Of a stretch of DNA of 64,000 nt, positions 33,880 to 42,749 are shown piece after piece. A program made the translations under genes and the position numbers. The stretch comes from an uncultured Candidatus Saccharibacteria bacterium (GTDB lineage Bacteria > Patescibacteriota > Minisyncoccia > Phycocordibacterales > UBA9973), in NCBI GenBank assembly GCA_964602465.1, contig CAZRQQ010000001.1, forward strand, positions 253-64,252, given 5' to 3'. The notes beneath the pieces were generated by a model. It did no database searches and was not told where the DNA came from. It worked only from the letters and a program-made list of their open reading frames with translations. Positions within the stretch are counted from its first letter, which is position 1. Each line of letters starts with the position of its first letter.

Positions 33880-35814
33880 CTAGAGAAAGACCGTCGTAAA
33901 GCCAGCTTCGCCGCTCCGGGTTTCTCGAGTAATGAGTTCTTCGGGGATGTCGAGGAGAAATTCACTCGGCATGCGGATGTCGCGCATACCATAGATCGTG
34001 CGCATGCTTGCGTAGGTGAGATATAGTTTGTGGCGCGCACGGGTGATGGCGACATACATGAGACGACGCTCTTCTTCGGCATCGGCTCCTGTTGCATTTC
34101 GGTCGCGTTCGCTTGGGAAGAGTCCTTGTTCAAGACCAACCACAAAGACGGTTGCAAATTCAAGGCCCTTTGCTGCGTGAACGGTCATGAGTTTGACGCC
34201 GTTTGCCGCTTCGATGTTGTCTTGGTCGCTCATGAGGGTTGCTTCTTCGATGAGTTTCTCAATCCCCGCTTCAGTCCCGAGATGATCGTACCGTGCACCG
34301 ATCGTCACGAGTTCGCCCAAGTTTTCAAGTCGTTCTGCACCTTCGAGTTTGTCTTCTTTGTATGCAGCATGCATGCCACTCTTGTCGATGATGAAGTTGA
34401 TCGTTTCTGAAACTGAGTGGTCGTTCATGTACTCGCGAATTGTTTCGAGGAGTGCAAAAAAAGTATCGACAGAAAGTTTTGCCTTGCCGCTGAGTTCTTC
34501 TTTGGCAAATACTTTGGCGATCGTCACTTTGCCAATGCCGCGCGCGGGTACATTGATGATGCGTTTGATGTCGACGAGTGAGTCGGGGTTGAGCGCTGCA
34601 CGAATGTAACAGAGCACGTCTTTGATTTCCTTTCGTTCAAAGAACCGCACGCCGAGCACTTGGTAGGGAATGGAGTATGAGAGAAATGCTTCTTCGAGCG
34701 CGCGCGATTGTGCGTTGGTTCTGAAAAGCACCGCAATCTCACTTGCCGGCATGCCGCCATCGATGTGTTCCACACAACGCTCGACGACAAAGTTTGCCTC
34801 ATCTGTTTCGTCGTACGCAGTGTACATGGAGATCAGCTCCCCATCACTATTGCTCGTGAAAAGATTTTTGGGCGTACGATAATTATTTTTGTTGATGACT
34901 TCGTTTGCGGCACCGAGCACAGTTTTGGTCGAGCGATAGTTTTCTTCGAGTACGACGACTGTTGCTTCTGGATAATCGCGCTCAAATTCCAAAATGTTTT
35001 TGATGTTTGCACCGCGCCACGAATAAATACTTTGATCGGAGTCGCCCACTACGCACAAATTTTTGGTGTGAGCCGCGAGTGCTTTGGCGATCCGATACTG
35101 TACTTCATTGGTGTCTTGGTATTCATCTATATGTATGTGACTCCATGTCGCTTGGCACCAGCTTCGCGCCCCATCGTTCTTTTCCAAAAGTTCAACCGTC
35201 TGGGTGAGGAGATCATCAAAGTCGAGCGACTTCTGTTCCTTTTTGAGCGCGCTGTATTTCTTCCAGATACGTCCGGCCATGCGATATGACGGATTGGCCT
35301 CGCTTTCGAGTTCTTCGGGGGTGAGGAGCGCATTGTTGCTTCGGCTGATGATGTTTTTGATGCTGCGCGGATCAGTCGTCTTGGGGTCGATACCAAAGGA
35401 GTTGAGCACTTCTTTGATGAGCGACATCGTATCTCCATCATCAAGGATCGTAAATCGCTTTGCAGTGCCGTTGTATGCACCAAACTTCCGGAGCAAAAAT
35501 ACTCCGAGGCTATGAAAGGTGCTCACAAACGGCCCTACTTCGCCCTTCGGGCTTCGCGGGGCAGGCCCCCGTATTTCTAATGGAATGTGTTTGATCATAC
35601 TCGCCACGCGTTCCCGCATTTCCTTTGCGGCTTTGTTTGTAAATGTAACCGCGAGGATCGACTCAGGCGCAATGCCGCTTGTGATCAAATGTCCGATGCG
35701 ATGGACGATCGTCTTGGTCTTGCCCGCGCCTGCACCTGCGACGATGAGCAGTGGTCCGTCAGTTGTACGCACTGCTTGTGCTTGGGCCACGTTGAGCCCT
35801 AGAGTAAAATCCAT
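33880..35814 (-). CDS. pcrA: ATP-dependent DNA helicase PcrA/UvrD family
   Basis: Walker A AGAGAGKTKT, DEYQDTN, VGDSDQSIYSWRGA, TVHAAKGLEF, YVAITRAR. ATG at 35814 (GTG at 35817 is also possible). Confidence 0.9.
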   Translation of the reverse strand: MDFTLGLNVAQAQAVRTTDGPLLIVAGAGAGKTKTIVHRIGHLITSGIAPESILAVTFTNKAAKEMRERVASMIKHIPLEIRGPAPRSPKGEVGPFVSTFHSLGVFLLRKFGAYNGTAKRFTILDDGDTMSLIKEVLNSFGIDPKTTDPRSIKNIISRSNNALLTPEELESEANPSYRMAGRIWKKYSALKKEQKSLDFDDLLTQTVELLEKNDGARSWCQATWSHIHIDEYQDTNEVQYRIAKALAAHTKNLCVVGDSDQSIYSWRGANIKNILEFERDYPEATVVVLEENYRSTKTVLGAANEVINKNNYRTPKNLFTSNSDGELISMYTAYDETDEANFVVERCVEHIDGGMPASEIAVLFRTNAQSRALEEAFLSYSIPYQVLGVRFFERKEIKDVLCYIRAALNPDSLVDIKRIINVPARGIGKVTIAKVFAKEELSGKAKLSVDTFFALLETIREYMNDHSVSETINFIIDKSGMHAAYKEDKLEGAERLENLGELVTIGARYDHLGTEAGIEKLIEEATLMSDQDNIEAANGVKLMTVHAAKGLEFATVFVVGLEQGLFPSERDRNATGADAEEERRLMYVAITRARHKLYLTYASMRTIYGMRDIRMPSEFLLDIPEELITRETRSGEAGFTTVFL

Positions 35815-35881
35815 CACGTACGAAACAGGCCTAACAGCCCATCTTAAAAGTTAGATATAAAGCCGACCTGTTTTGTACGTG
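35815..35881. repeat. 15-bp inverted repeat abutting the pcrA start codon
   Basis: cacgtacgaaacagg (35815..35829) and cctgttttgtacgtg (35867..35881). One G-T position. 37-nt loop. Confidence 0.7.
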
Positions 35882-36098
35882 AGACATGGACTAGAGTGTA
35901 GCTGATTTTTGATAATTTCGAAAATATCTTTATTTCACAAGGGTATTTCTCAAGACTTATATAATGAAATCAAACAAATATCTCGTCAATGTACGTAAAA
36001 CCAAGGCTTTTTTAGTGAAAATCAGTTGACAATACCTATACGCAGTTGCGCTATCACAAACACACTGGTCTGGGCTGATAAAATGGTTGTCTAACTTT

Positions 36099-37172
36099 AT
36101 GGTTCAACCACAAGACACCCCGGGTTCGTCGTCCGACGTTCCCAAACGCTCACTCTTCCGCAATCTTGGGAAGAAAAAACTCATATATATCGTCCTTCCA
36201 CTCTTTCTCCTCAATACTGGAGTGGCATCGCTCCTAGGCAGCCAGCTCGCACTTCGCGTGAGCGCTGAGGATCGGCAGGTCAAAAATGAAAGCACGACTA
36301 TTCCGGCAGCGGATGAGGTGACTACTGATGAGGTTGCTGAAGAAAAGATCGAAGATACGACTCCTCCGATCACGACCTATACGGTCAAATCAGGCGATAC
36401 CCTCTCTGGCATCGCAGATAAATTTAACATCTCGATCAACACGATCCGTTGGGCCAACGACCTCACCGAAAAGACCTCAAAGATCAAACCAGGTGATGAG
36501 CTCGTCATCCTCCCCGTCTCTGGTGTGGAATACACCGTGAAAAAGGGTGATACGCTCTCAGGTATTGCTGCGAAATTTGATGCAAGTCAGGATGATATTT
36601 TGAAATATAACGATATCGAAAAAAATGCGATCAAGGTCGGCATGTCGCTCATTATCCCTGGCGCAGAACCAATCAAACCAAAGCCCGCACCTGCAAAACC
36701 TGTTTCCAAACCAGCAACACCTTCTACCCCTACAAAAGAACCCACTCCTTCAGCCCCAAAGCCTTCCGAATCTGCGCCGGCACCTTCTCCGTCATCTGAG
36801 AAAGGCTACGCAGTACCGATTAGTTCCGGTATTCTCACGCAAGGCATTCATGACGGGAACGCAGTCGACTTTGGTGCATCGACTGGTACACCGGTGCACG
36901 CATTCAAGAGTGGTACGGTGATTGTTGCCAAAAGTTCTGGCTACAACGGCGGCTACGGCAGCTTCATCGTCGTTAACCACGAAGGTATTTGTCAGACGCA
37001 GTATTCTCACCTTTCCAAAGTATCTGTCTCGGTTGGTGACACGGTGACGATGGGACAGCAAATTGGTCTTTCGGGAAATACGGGTCGCTCCACAGGCCCA
37101 CACCTGCACTTCAATGTCCGCAACTGCGGCGGCAATCCCTTCGCCAAATTCAAAAAAGGAACGCAGTTTTAA
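36099..37172 (+). CDS. LysM-domain M23 family metallopeptidase
   Basis: Two LysM repeats (YTVKSGDTLSGIADKFNIS.., YTVKKGDTLSGIAAKFDAS..), a Pro-rich linker, and M23 motifs HEGICQTQYSHL and GNTGRSTGPHLHF. Confidence 0.85.
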   Translation: MVQPQDTPGSSSDVPKRSLFRNLGKKKLIYIVLPLFLLNTGVASLLGSQLALRVSAEDRQVKNESTTIPAADEVTTDEVAEEKIEDTTPPITTYTVKSGDTLSGIADKFNISINTIRWANDLTEKTSKIKPGDELVILPVSGVEYTVKKGDTLSGIAAKFDASQDDILKYNDIEKNAIKVGMSLIIPGAEPIKPKPAPAKPVSKPATPSTPTKEPTPSAPKPSESAPAPSPSSEKGYAVPISSGILTQGIHDGNAVDFGASTGTPVHAFKSGTVIVAKSSGYNGGYGSFIVVNHEGICQTQYSHLSKVSVSVGDTVTMGQQIGLSGNTGRSTGPHLHFNVRNCGGNPFAKFKKGTQF

Positions 37173-37185
37173 TATAAAAAATCCC

Positions 37186-37734
37186 TCACGATACCGTGGG
37201 GGATGTTTGTTTACATAAACGTTCTTCTTTCAATACCTCAACTACTTTTTGGTACAGCACCATAGCCTCAGACCATTCGGGGCGCAATGTTTCAAGAAGT
37301 GAAAATTCTTTTTCTTTTATCTTTTCGCCAAACAATATGCCATATGTTTCATACGCATCCTTTGTTTGTTGATACGATTGCTGTACAGCAGGAGGAAATA
37401 CGACGAGGGTAAACGTATACACTCGTGCATCTTCAGTGATATCGCGGATTGCGATTGAGCAGATAAGTGCGCCTCTGCCGCCCTCGCCAAGAGTGTTGCC
37501 CTTTTGGATATAGATCGCAATTACTTTTTGGCGTTGATCATAATCAGGGTTGCTGAGATAGCCGCGGACAAGTGCATCGACGCCTTCTTTTGCCGCATCC
37601 TCAGTTTCTTTTCTGGTGACTGGTTTGTGATCTTTGATCGGAACGCCAAGTACAGAAAATAATCCTAAATCTTTTACTGCATCATGTATTGCAGCACGTT
37701 GCATCTTGTTGTTGGGTGTAGTAATGAACTGCAT
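37186..37734 (-). CDS. Hypothetical protein (182 aa)
   Basis: Intact ORF with its own TTGACT-N17-TAGTAT promoter. Confidence 0.5.
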   Translation of the reverse strand: MQFITTPNNKMQRAAIHDAVKDLGLFSVLGVPIKDHKPVTRKETEDAAKEGVDALVRGYLSNPDYDQRQKVIAIYIQKGNTLGEGGRGALICSIAIRDITEDARVYTFTLVVFPPAVQQSYQQTKDAYETYGILFGEKIKEKEFSLLETLRPEWSEAMVLYQKVVEVLKEERLCKQTSPTVS

Positions 37735-37751
37735 AAAATAATTTTTGTTTG

Positions 37752-37780
37752 ATACTACGCTTCTCGGTATCCAAAGTCAA
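37752..37780 (-). promoter_or_regulatory. Sigma70-like promoter TTGACT-N17-TAGTAT
   Basis: Minus-strand reading: -35 at 37775..37780 and -10 at 37752..37757. Confidence 0.5.
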
Positions 37781-37791
37781 CAAAACAAAAA

Positions 37792-37807
37792 TACCCCCGA
37801 AGGGGTA
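37792..37807 (-). terminator. Intrinsic terminator of the DUF2283 gene
   Basis: tacccc-cgaa-ggggta followed by a T run on the minus strand. Confidence 0.6.
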
Positions 37808-37811
37808 CACA

Positions 37812-38021
37812 TTATGCGAGTGCGGGAATTTTGAGTTTGAGCTCGATCGGTTTTTTGTTGGCGATCTGAGTGCTTGCGTTTAGGATTTCAATCCCCACGA
37901 TATTTCCCTTTTTGTCCGTATCGACGAGGAGGCGATCATCGAGCTTAACAGTATGCGAAACAACACCTTTTTTGAAGGTTACGTAGAGTGCATCCGCGGC
38001 TTTGTCATGGGTGATTTTCAT
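37812..38021 (-). CDS. DUF2283-family small protein (antitoxin-like partner of DUF4258)
   Basis: MKITHDKAADALYVTFKKG...VDTDKKGNIVGIEILNAS is the typical DUF2283 pattern. Confidence 0.7.
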   Translation of the reverse strand: MKITHDKAADALYVTFKKGVVSHTVKLDDRLLVDTDKKGNIVGIEILNASTQIANKKPIELKLKIPALA

Positions 38022-38179
38022 AAATAATAGGCAGTTATAATGACGCAGGTAGTATGGCTTTTCTTACAAATAATTTCAAGTTTCCCATTTTCAAGCTCTT
38101 TTTGCACAAGTACCGATCCGTCTTTTTGAAATAGTTCAATATCCGGGTTTTGTGTCGCGATCTTAATATCTTTCCGCAA
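38018..38179 (-). pseudogene. Truncated DUF4258-like toxin remnant (53 codons, only a TTG start available)
   Basis: Hand translation gives (L)RKDIKIATQNPDIELFQKDGSVLVQKELENGKLEIICKKSHTTCVIITAYYL. Its TGA overlaps the ATG of the DUF2283 gene (ATGA). The N-terminal His-containing part expected for DUF4258 is absent, and an in-frame stop lies at 38186..38188. Confidence 0.4.
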
Positions 38180-38235
38180 GATACGTCACTGCTTCATTCG
38201 CTCTTTTGCGTGATTTGTGTAAATGATCCGCATGT

Positions 38236-39747
38236 TTAATCAAACTTTGGTCTGTACTGCAGCGCTTCGAGGATATGTGGAAGTTCGATGGTGGCTGATT
38301 TATCGAGATCGGCGATCGTACGGGCGACTTTGATCGTGCGCATGTAGGAGCGTGGCGAGAGCTTGAGTTTCTCGGCATAGACTTGGAGCTGTTTGCGCGC
38401 TTCTTCGGAGAGTCCTGCCTTTTGCTGGACATCGCTCGAAGAAAGGGATGAATTTAATTTATTGAAACGATCCAGTTGTCGTGCGCGCGCGTGTTCTACG
38501 TGGGTGCGGATAGTTTCGCTTTCGCGTGGTGCTGCATCGTCATGAAGTGTTGCGTATTCGACGTGCTGCACGGGTACCCACAGATCGATGCGGTCAATGA
38601 TGGGACCAGAGAGCTTTTTGTTGTACCGCGCAATCTCAGCTCCTGAGCAACTACAGTGCTTGATCCCGCTTCCCCGATAGCCGCACGGACACGGATTCAT
38701 TGCGGCAAGTAAAATAAATCGCGCAGGATACCGCACGCTCCCCTTTGCGCGTGCGACCGTGATTGAGCCGTCTTCGATCGGTTCGCGCAGTGCCTCGATC
38801 ACGCGCCTGTCAAACTCTGGAAACTCATCGAGATAGAGGATGCCGCGATGTGCGAGCGTGATATCTCCTGGACGTAAATTTGCGCCGCCGCCGATGATCG
38901 CAACATGAGAGGCAGAGTGGTGTGGCGAACGAAGCGGTGCGTGGCCGTGCAGTATATCCTCGATGAGCCCGATCGATGAATAGATCGTCGCAACTTCCAA
39001 AAATTCATCCGTCGAAAGTGCGGGCATGATGCCGTGAAATGCTTTCGCAAGCATCGTCTTGCCGGTGCCAGGCGGTCCGTAGAGCACGATGTTGTGTCCG
39101 CCAGATGCTGCAATCGTGAGCGCACGCTTTGCTTGGAGCTGTCCACGCACGTCCCCAAAGTCAGTGCTTCCTGAGAGAAGTATCGGTGTTGGTTCTTCAT
39201 ATGACACTAGATCGAGCGCACTCTCGCCTTTCAAATGTGACACAAGATCAGAAAGTGTGGGTATGAGATACCATTGTATGTCATCTACAAGTCGTGCCTC
39301 TGTCTCGTTGCCTTGCGGGATAAATATTGTATCGATACCGTTTGCCTTTGCCCACTGTGCGATTGAGAGGAGTCCGCGTACAGGTCGGACCTCGCCGTTG
39401 AGCGCGAGTTCTCCGACAAAGAGTGTACTCGGCGATACTGCAGATTCAGGAAGCTCGCCGGTCGCGATGAGGTACCCGATCGCAATGGCGATATCAAAAT
39501 ACGCACCTTCTTTGCGAAGTTCTGCTGGTGAAAGCGAGACGATGACTTTGTGGTTTTCTGCCTTTGGATTTTTGTTTAATGAATTGCGAAGCGCACTGAT
39601 CACACGTTCGCGAGATTCTTCGACTGCTTTGTCGGCAAGCCCCACAATCTGAAACATGTAGAGTCCGCGATTGATGTCCGTCTCCACCACAACTGATGTT
39701 GCTCCAAGTCCACTGAGTTGTGCGCTCTGCACACGCGAAAATGCCAT
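38236..39747 (-). CDS. comM: Mg-chelatase-like AAA+ protein YifB/ComM
   Basis: N-terminal Lon-protease-like domain, Walker A GPPGTGKTM, ILYLDEFPEF, zinc-like CPCGYRGS..CSC, C-terminal ChlI_C. Confidence 0.9.
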   Translation of the reverse strand: MAFSRVQSAQLSGLGATSVVVETDINRGLYMFQIVGLADKAVEESRERVISALRNSLNKNPKAENHKVIVSLSPAELRKEGAYFDIAIAIGYLIATGELPESAVSPSTLFVGELALNGEVRPVRGLLSIAQWAKANGIDTIFIPQGNETEARLVDDIQWYLIPTLSDLVSHLKGESALDLVSYEEPTPILLSGSTDFGDVRGQLQAKRALTIAASGGHNIVLYGPPGTGKTMLAKAFHGIMPALSTDEFLEVATIYSSIGLIEDILHGHAPLRSPHHSASHVAIIGGGANLRPGDITLAHRGILYLDEFPEFDRRVIEALREPIEDGSITVARAKGSVRYPARFILLAAMNPCPCGYRGSGIKHCSCSGAEIARYNKKLSGPIIDRIDLWVPVQHVEYATLHDDAAPRESETIRTHVEHARARQLDRFNKLNSSLSSSDVQQKAGLSEEARKQLQVYAEKLKLSPRSYMRTIKVARTIADLDKSATIELPHILEALQYRPKFD

Positions 39748-39835
39748 ATGAAACTATTCTAATAAAAAATACTTAACGAAAAATTAAAGTGTGAAACAAA
39801 AAAGCCCACTCTAATGAGGGGCCTGGAAAATGAAT

Positions 39836-40186
39836 TCAACAAGTTATGAGTATCTCCCGGACATGTAACTCATGGAAAAAGAGCAGCTTTCTTTCAAGTC
39901 GTTGTTTCTGGTACTTATCACGTTCTTTTTTCATACGTCTGTCATACCTCTTCACTATGCATCCCAAGATTTTTGGAACGAATAACCACATATGAAATAA
40001 ACACCAAATAAAAAGAAGTATGAAGTACACTCCGGCAAAAGTAGTCGGGTCCTTGAATGTATACAACTGCAGAAACATTAATTGAAGAAGCATCACTATA
40101 CCGCAAATAACGATGCCGACAATGAGCGAAAGCGCAAAAAGTCTTCCAAAAAATCTTTTTTCAACTTTCTTTAAATCTTTTGTCAT
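39836..40186 (-). CDS. Small membrane protein (116 aa)
   Basis: Two TM helices (LFALSLIVGIVICGIVMLLQLMFL, VYFILLFIWCLFHMWLFV). Confidence 0.5.
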   Translation of the reverse strand: MTKDLKKVEKRFFGRLFALSLIVGIVICGIVMLLQLMFLQLYTFKDPTTFAGVYFILLFIWCLFHMWLFVPKILGCIVKRYDRRMKKERDKYQKQRLERKLLFFHELHVREILITC

Positions 40187-40221
40187 ATTTTTTTGTTTTT
40201 AAGAATGATTGTTTTTTCCTC

Positions 40222-40249
40222 ACTTTACTCGTGGAGATAAAAAAGTCAA
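40222..40249 (-). promoter_or_regulatory. Promoter TTGACTTTT-N-GAGTAAAGT (family member P1)
   Basis: Minus strand: -35 TTGACT at 40244..40249, 16-nt spacer, -10 TAAAGT at 40222..40227. Confidence 0.5.
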
Positions 40250-40292
40250 TGAAACAAAAATGACCACCCTGTTGGATGGTCAAAAAGAAATA

Positions 40293-40703
40293 TTATTGCT
40301 GCTGAAAAATAAAGTCGCGTGCTTCGCAAAATATTGCACCGAGCTCTGGATGTTTGCCAGATGGTAGTATTGAGTCCGGTTCGAGTTTACAGCGGGGATT
40401 ATCAAGTTCCCAATACATATAACTCAACTGATCATCCACCACATCAATTTCGAAATAAAATTCAGGATCATGATCTTTGCTTGGCGGTGTTTTGAATACG
40501 GCAAAGGAGAGTGAGTTCACATGTTCTTTTATGGCAAATACATATGAGCTATCCGGCGCAGCTGCGAGGGCGATCCCGATACCATAGTACAACCCTCTTC
40601 TTGTGTATTTTTCAAAAGAGTATAGATTCTGAGGTACTTTTTGATATGTATTGGCAATGTACTCAAAAAATTTATCAACCGACCCATTTGTGTATTTTTT
40701 CAT
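40293..40703 (-). CDS. Hypothetical protein (136 aa)
   Basis: Intact ORF with its own promoter. Confidence 0.5.
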   Translation of the reverse strand: MKKYTNGSVDKFFEYIANTYQKVPQNLYSFEKYTRRGLYYGIGIALAAAPDSSYVFAIKEHVNSLSFAVFKTPPSKDHDPEFYFEIDVVDDQLSYMYWELDNPRCKLEPDSILPSGKHPELGAIFCEARDFIFQQQ

Positions 40704-40720
40704 GCGTAATGTTTTTCTGT

Positions 40721-40748
40721 ACTTTACTCATGAAACCACAAAAGTCAA
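40721..40748 (-). promoter_or_regulatory. Promoter TTGACTTTT-N-GAGTAAAGT (family member P2)
   Basis: -35 at 40743..40748, 16-nt spacer, -10 TAAAGT at 40721..40726. Confidence 0.5.
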
Positions 40749-40749
40749 T

Positions 40750-41139
40750 CTACTTGAATTCGTATAGAATATCCCAAAAGTTTTGGATGGTACCGTTTTT
40801 GTCGACCTCGATCCCTTCTTCTTTGTAGAGCTTGAGTCGCTTTGCGCGATATTCATCATTGATCCATACTTTCCCGCCGGCGTAGACGATGCGATGAAAT
40901 GGGATGTTTTTGATACCCATATGAAACGCCTTTCCGAGAATCGCAGTCACACTTCGGGAAGCTTGGTTGCCGCCGCCTGCAGCTCGTGCAATATGTCCAT
41001 ACGTCGTCACCTTCCCCTTTGGTATCATAAGTGCAAGCTCGACCACACGCTCGCTAAATGTTCTCGTCCCGTTTGAAGTCGAAGACTTTCTAATGGGATT
41101 TTGTCGTGTAACACTCTTAGATTTTTTGACCGCTTTCAT
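40750..41139 (-). CDS. MGMT-family DNA-binding protein lacking the acceptor cysteine (alkyltransferase-like, ATL)
   Basis: IPKGKVTTYGHIA...NIPFHRIVY: the PCHR active-site Cys position is Phe. Start trimmed to MKAVKKSK. Confidence 0.7.
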   Translation of the reverse strand: MKAVKKSKSVTRQNPIRKSSTSNGTRTFSERVVELALMIPKGKVTTYGHIARAAGGGNQASRSVTAILGKAFHMGIKNIPFHRIVYAGGKVWINDEYRAKRLKLYKEEGIEVDKNGTIQNFWDILYEFK

Positions 41140-41163
41140 ATGTGAAACTATGCTCTCATGCAA

Positions 41164-41188
41164 ACAAAAAAGCAACCGAGAGGGTTGC
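41164..41188 (-). terminator. Intrinsic terminator (GCAACC...GGTTGC type)
   Basis: aaaaaa-gcaacc-gagag-ggttgc. Nearly the same stem as 42175..42201. Confidence 0.6.
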
Positions 41189-41219
41189 TACGATCAATGT
41201 GTTTCCGATAGAATTGTAT

Positions 41220-41612
41220 CTAAAGAAAAAAATGGTTGTCCGGGAAACATACTCTTTTAAATCTAGCAAAATCCACCACAACAATTCTTTCATTTTTCGG
41301 CCGTATCCAAATTGATGGACGAACTTCTTTGAGTGCAATACGAAGCTCATCAATCATGGCCGCATCAATCTCATGCCAAATTTCATACAGCCGAATGAAG
41401 TACACACCGTTCTTTTTGTGATATCGAATATTGTTGTACGGTTCACCTTTTTTTGTGTACGTGTGATTTCTTTGCATACGCATCGCAATCCTATCGTGCA
41501 TAAATATATATGCTGAATAATACGTATATTCGATGTGTCCGTTGGATGTAAGTTGGTGTGTGACAATGAGCGCAATAAGCAGAAACAGTACAAGAGCAAA
41601 TAGTATATCCAT
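41220..41612 (-). CDS. Membrane-anchored hypothetical protein (130 aa)
   Basis: Start trimmed to MDILFALVLFLLIALIV, because the promoter family member P3 lies inside the ORF-track extension. Confidence 0.5.
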   Translation of the reverse strand: MDILFALVLFLLIALIVTHQLTSNGHIEYTYYSAYIFMHDRIAMRMQRNHTYTKKGEPYNNIRYHKKNGVYFIRLYEIWHEIDAAMIDELRIALKEVRPSIWIRPKNERIVVVDFARFKRVCFPDNHFFL

Positions 41613-41629
41613 ATGCGTATTTTTCCGAT

Positions 41630-41657
41630 ACTCTACTCTTTCTCTGTCAAAAGTCAA
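41630..41657 (-). promoter_or_regulatory. Promoter TTGACTTTT-N-GAGTAGAGT (family member P3)
   Basis: -35 at 41652..41657, 16-nt spacer, -10 TAGAGT at 41630..41635. Confidence 0.5.
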
Positions 41658-42148
41658 AATGTATCCTTTAGTTCAACTGCTCGTGTAACAATCCGATCTC
41701 CTATCGCTCCCCAGTCAAAGTATTGTTTGTGGTCTTTGGGGTCGATTAGCTTTATTTCAGTAATGCCGTTGTCTGGGTCTGTGACAAATGGACCGTACGG
41801 CTCGACGATACACACATACCGTAACTGATAGAAAAAAGAATTGTCTCGCGTGTCAGTAACTTTTTGATATCCGATCGGTCGGTACTTCAGTATTTCCATA
41901 TTTGCTTCTTCTTTGATTTCTCGGCGAAGTGTTTGCTCGAGTGTCTCTCCTTTTTCAATTGTTCCCCCGATCAGTCCCCATGCGTTTTTCTGTCCACCAA
42001 ATCCGATCACCATCTTGTCATCACAAAAACACACCGCATATGTTTGTCTGCAATCTGCAAGATCGAGATGGTCAAATGTATCCGCGTCTTCGTATTCAAA
42101 AAGATATTCGACACCCGCATGTCCTTTGTATGTATTGGTGAGCTGCAT
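41654..42148 (-). CDS. NUDIX hydrolase
   Basis: Nudix box GGTIEKGETLEQTLRREIKEEANM. Start trimmed to MQLTNTYKG, with TATAGT 6 nt upstream. Confidence 0.85.
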   Translation of the reverse strand: MQLTNTYKGHAGVEYLFEYEDADTFDHLDLADCRQTYAVCFCDDKMVIGFGGQKNAWGLIGGTIEKGETLEQTLRREIKEEANMEILKYRPIGYQKVTDTRDNSFFYQLRYVCIVEPYGPFVTDPDNGITEIKLIDPKDHKQYFDWGAIGDRIVTRAVELKDTF

Positions 42149-42174
42149 AGTTCTACTATACCCAAAACTGGGAA

Positions 42175-42201
42175 ATAAAAAAGCAACCGGGTTAGGGTTG
42201 C
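42175..42201 (-). terminator. Intrinsic terminator (GCAACC...GGTTGC type)
   Basis: ataaaaaa-gcaacc-gggttag-ggttgc, downstream of the 42218 gene. Confidence 0.6.
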
Positions 42202-42217
42202 TCATTCGCAAATAATG

Positions 42218-42697
42218 TCACACAACAGAAAGTTTTTTGTCAGGAATTTTGATCTGAGGATTGTCGTCGTACTGGTCTGAGTAAAATAGTTCAAGTGCTT
42301 TTTTCATGCAATCAATACGAAGCATATCAAGCTCTTTTCCGGTAGCTTTGTCGGGATGTAATACTTTTCCAATGGGTCCGACAACATCGTCAGGATACAT
42401 CCAGAGAATATTTGATCCATCAAACGATCCATTGATCTCAAGAATGCCGCCGTAGATTTCTTCGTTGTAACCTTCCTTAGGGGCAATCGCATACAGGGTA
42501 AATGTATGACCTCTTGTTGTATCGATACCTATTCCTGGTGTAGCCCATGACGGAGCGTTTAGAATTTGTATCGGTGCCACCGTGTGTGGATCATTGGAAT
42601 TTGTATACGCAATGTATGTTGGAGGATTGCCGTATTCCTTCAACATATTTCTAAATAAATCTTCAACAAGATGAAGCATTATCTTTTCTTTTTTCAT
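42218..42697 (-). CDS. Hypothetical protein (159 aa)
   Basis: Intact ORF with its own promoter and terminator. Confidence 0.5.
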   Translation of the reverse strand: MKKEKIMLHLVEDLFRNMLKEYGNPPTYIAYTNSNDPHTVAPIQILNAPSWATPGIGIDTTRGHTFTLYAIAPKEGYNEEIYGGILEINGSFDGSNILWMYPDDVVGPIGKVLHPDKATGKELDMLRIDCMKKALELFYSDQYDDNPQIKIPDKKLSVV

Positions 42698-42721
42698 GGT
42701 GCAAAGTTTTGTTTCATCTGC

Positions 42722-42749
42722 ACTCTACTCTTTTCGATCCAAAAGTCAA
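42722..42749 (-). promoter_or_regulatory. Promoter TTGACTTTT-N-GAGTAGAGT (family member P4)
   Basis: -35 at 42744..42749, 16-nt spacer, -10 TAGAGT at 42722..42727. Confidence 0.5.

Noticed and set aside
35882-36098. Riboswitch (for example cyclic-di-AMP/ydaO type) upstream of the LysM/M23 peptidase gene.
   Set aside because: The region is AT-rich, and I could not identify any conserved riboswitch core sequences or pseudoknotted helices. Only promoter-like elements are visible.
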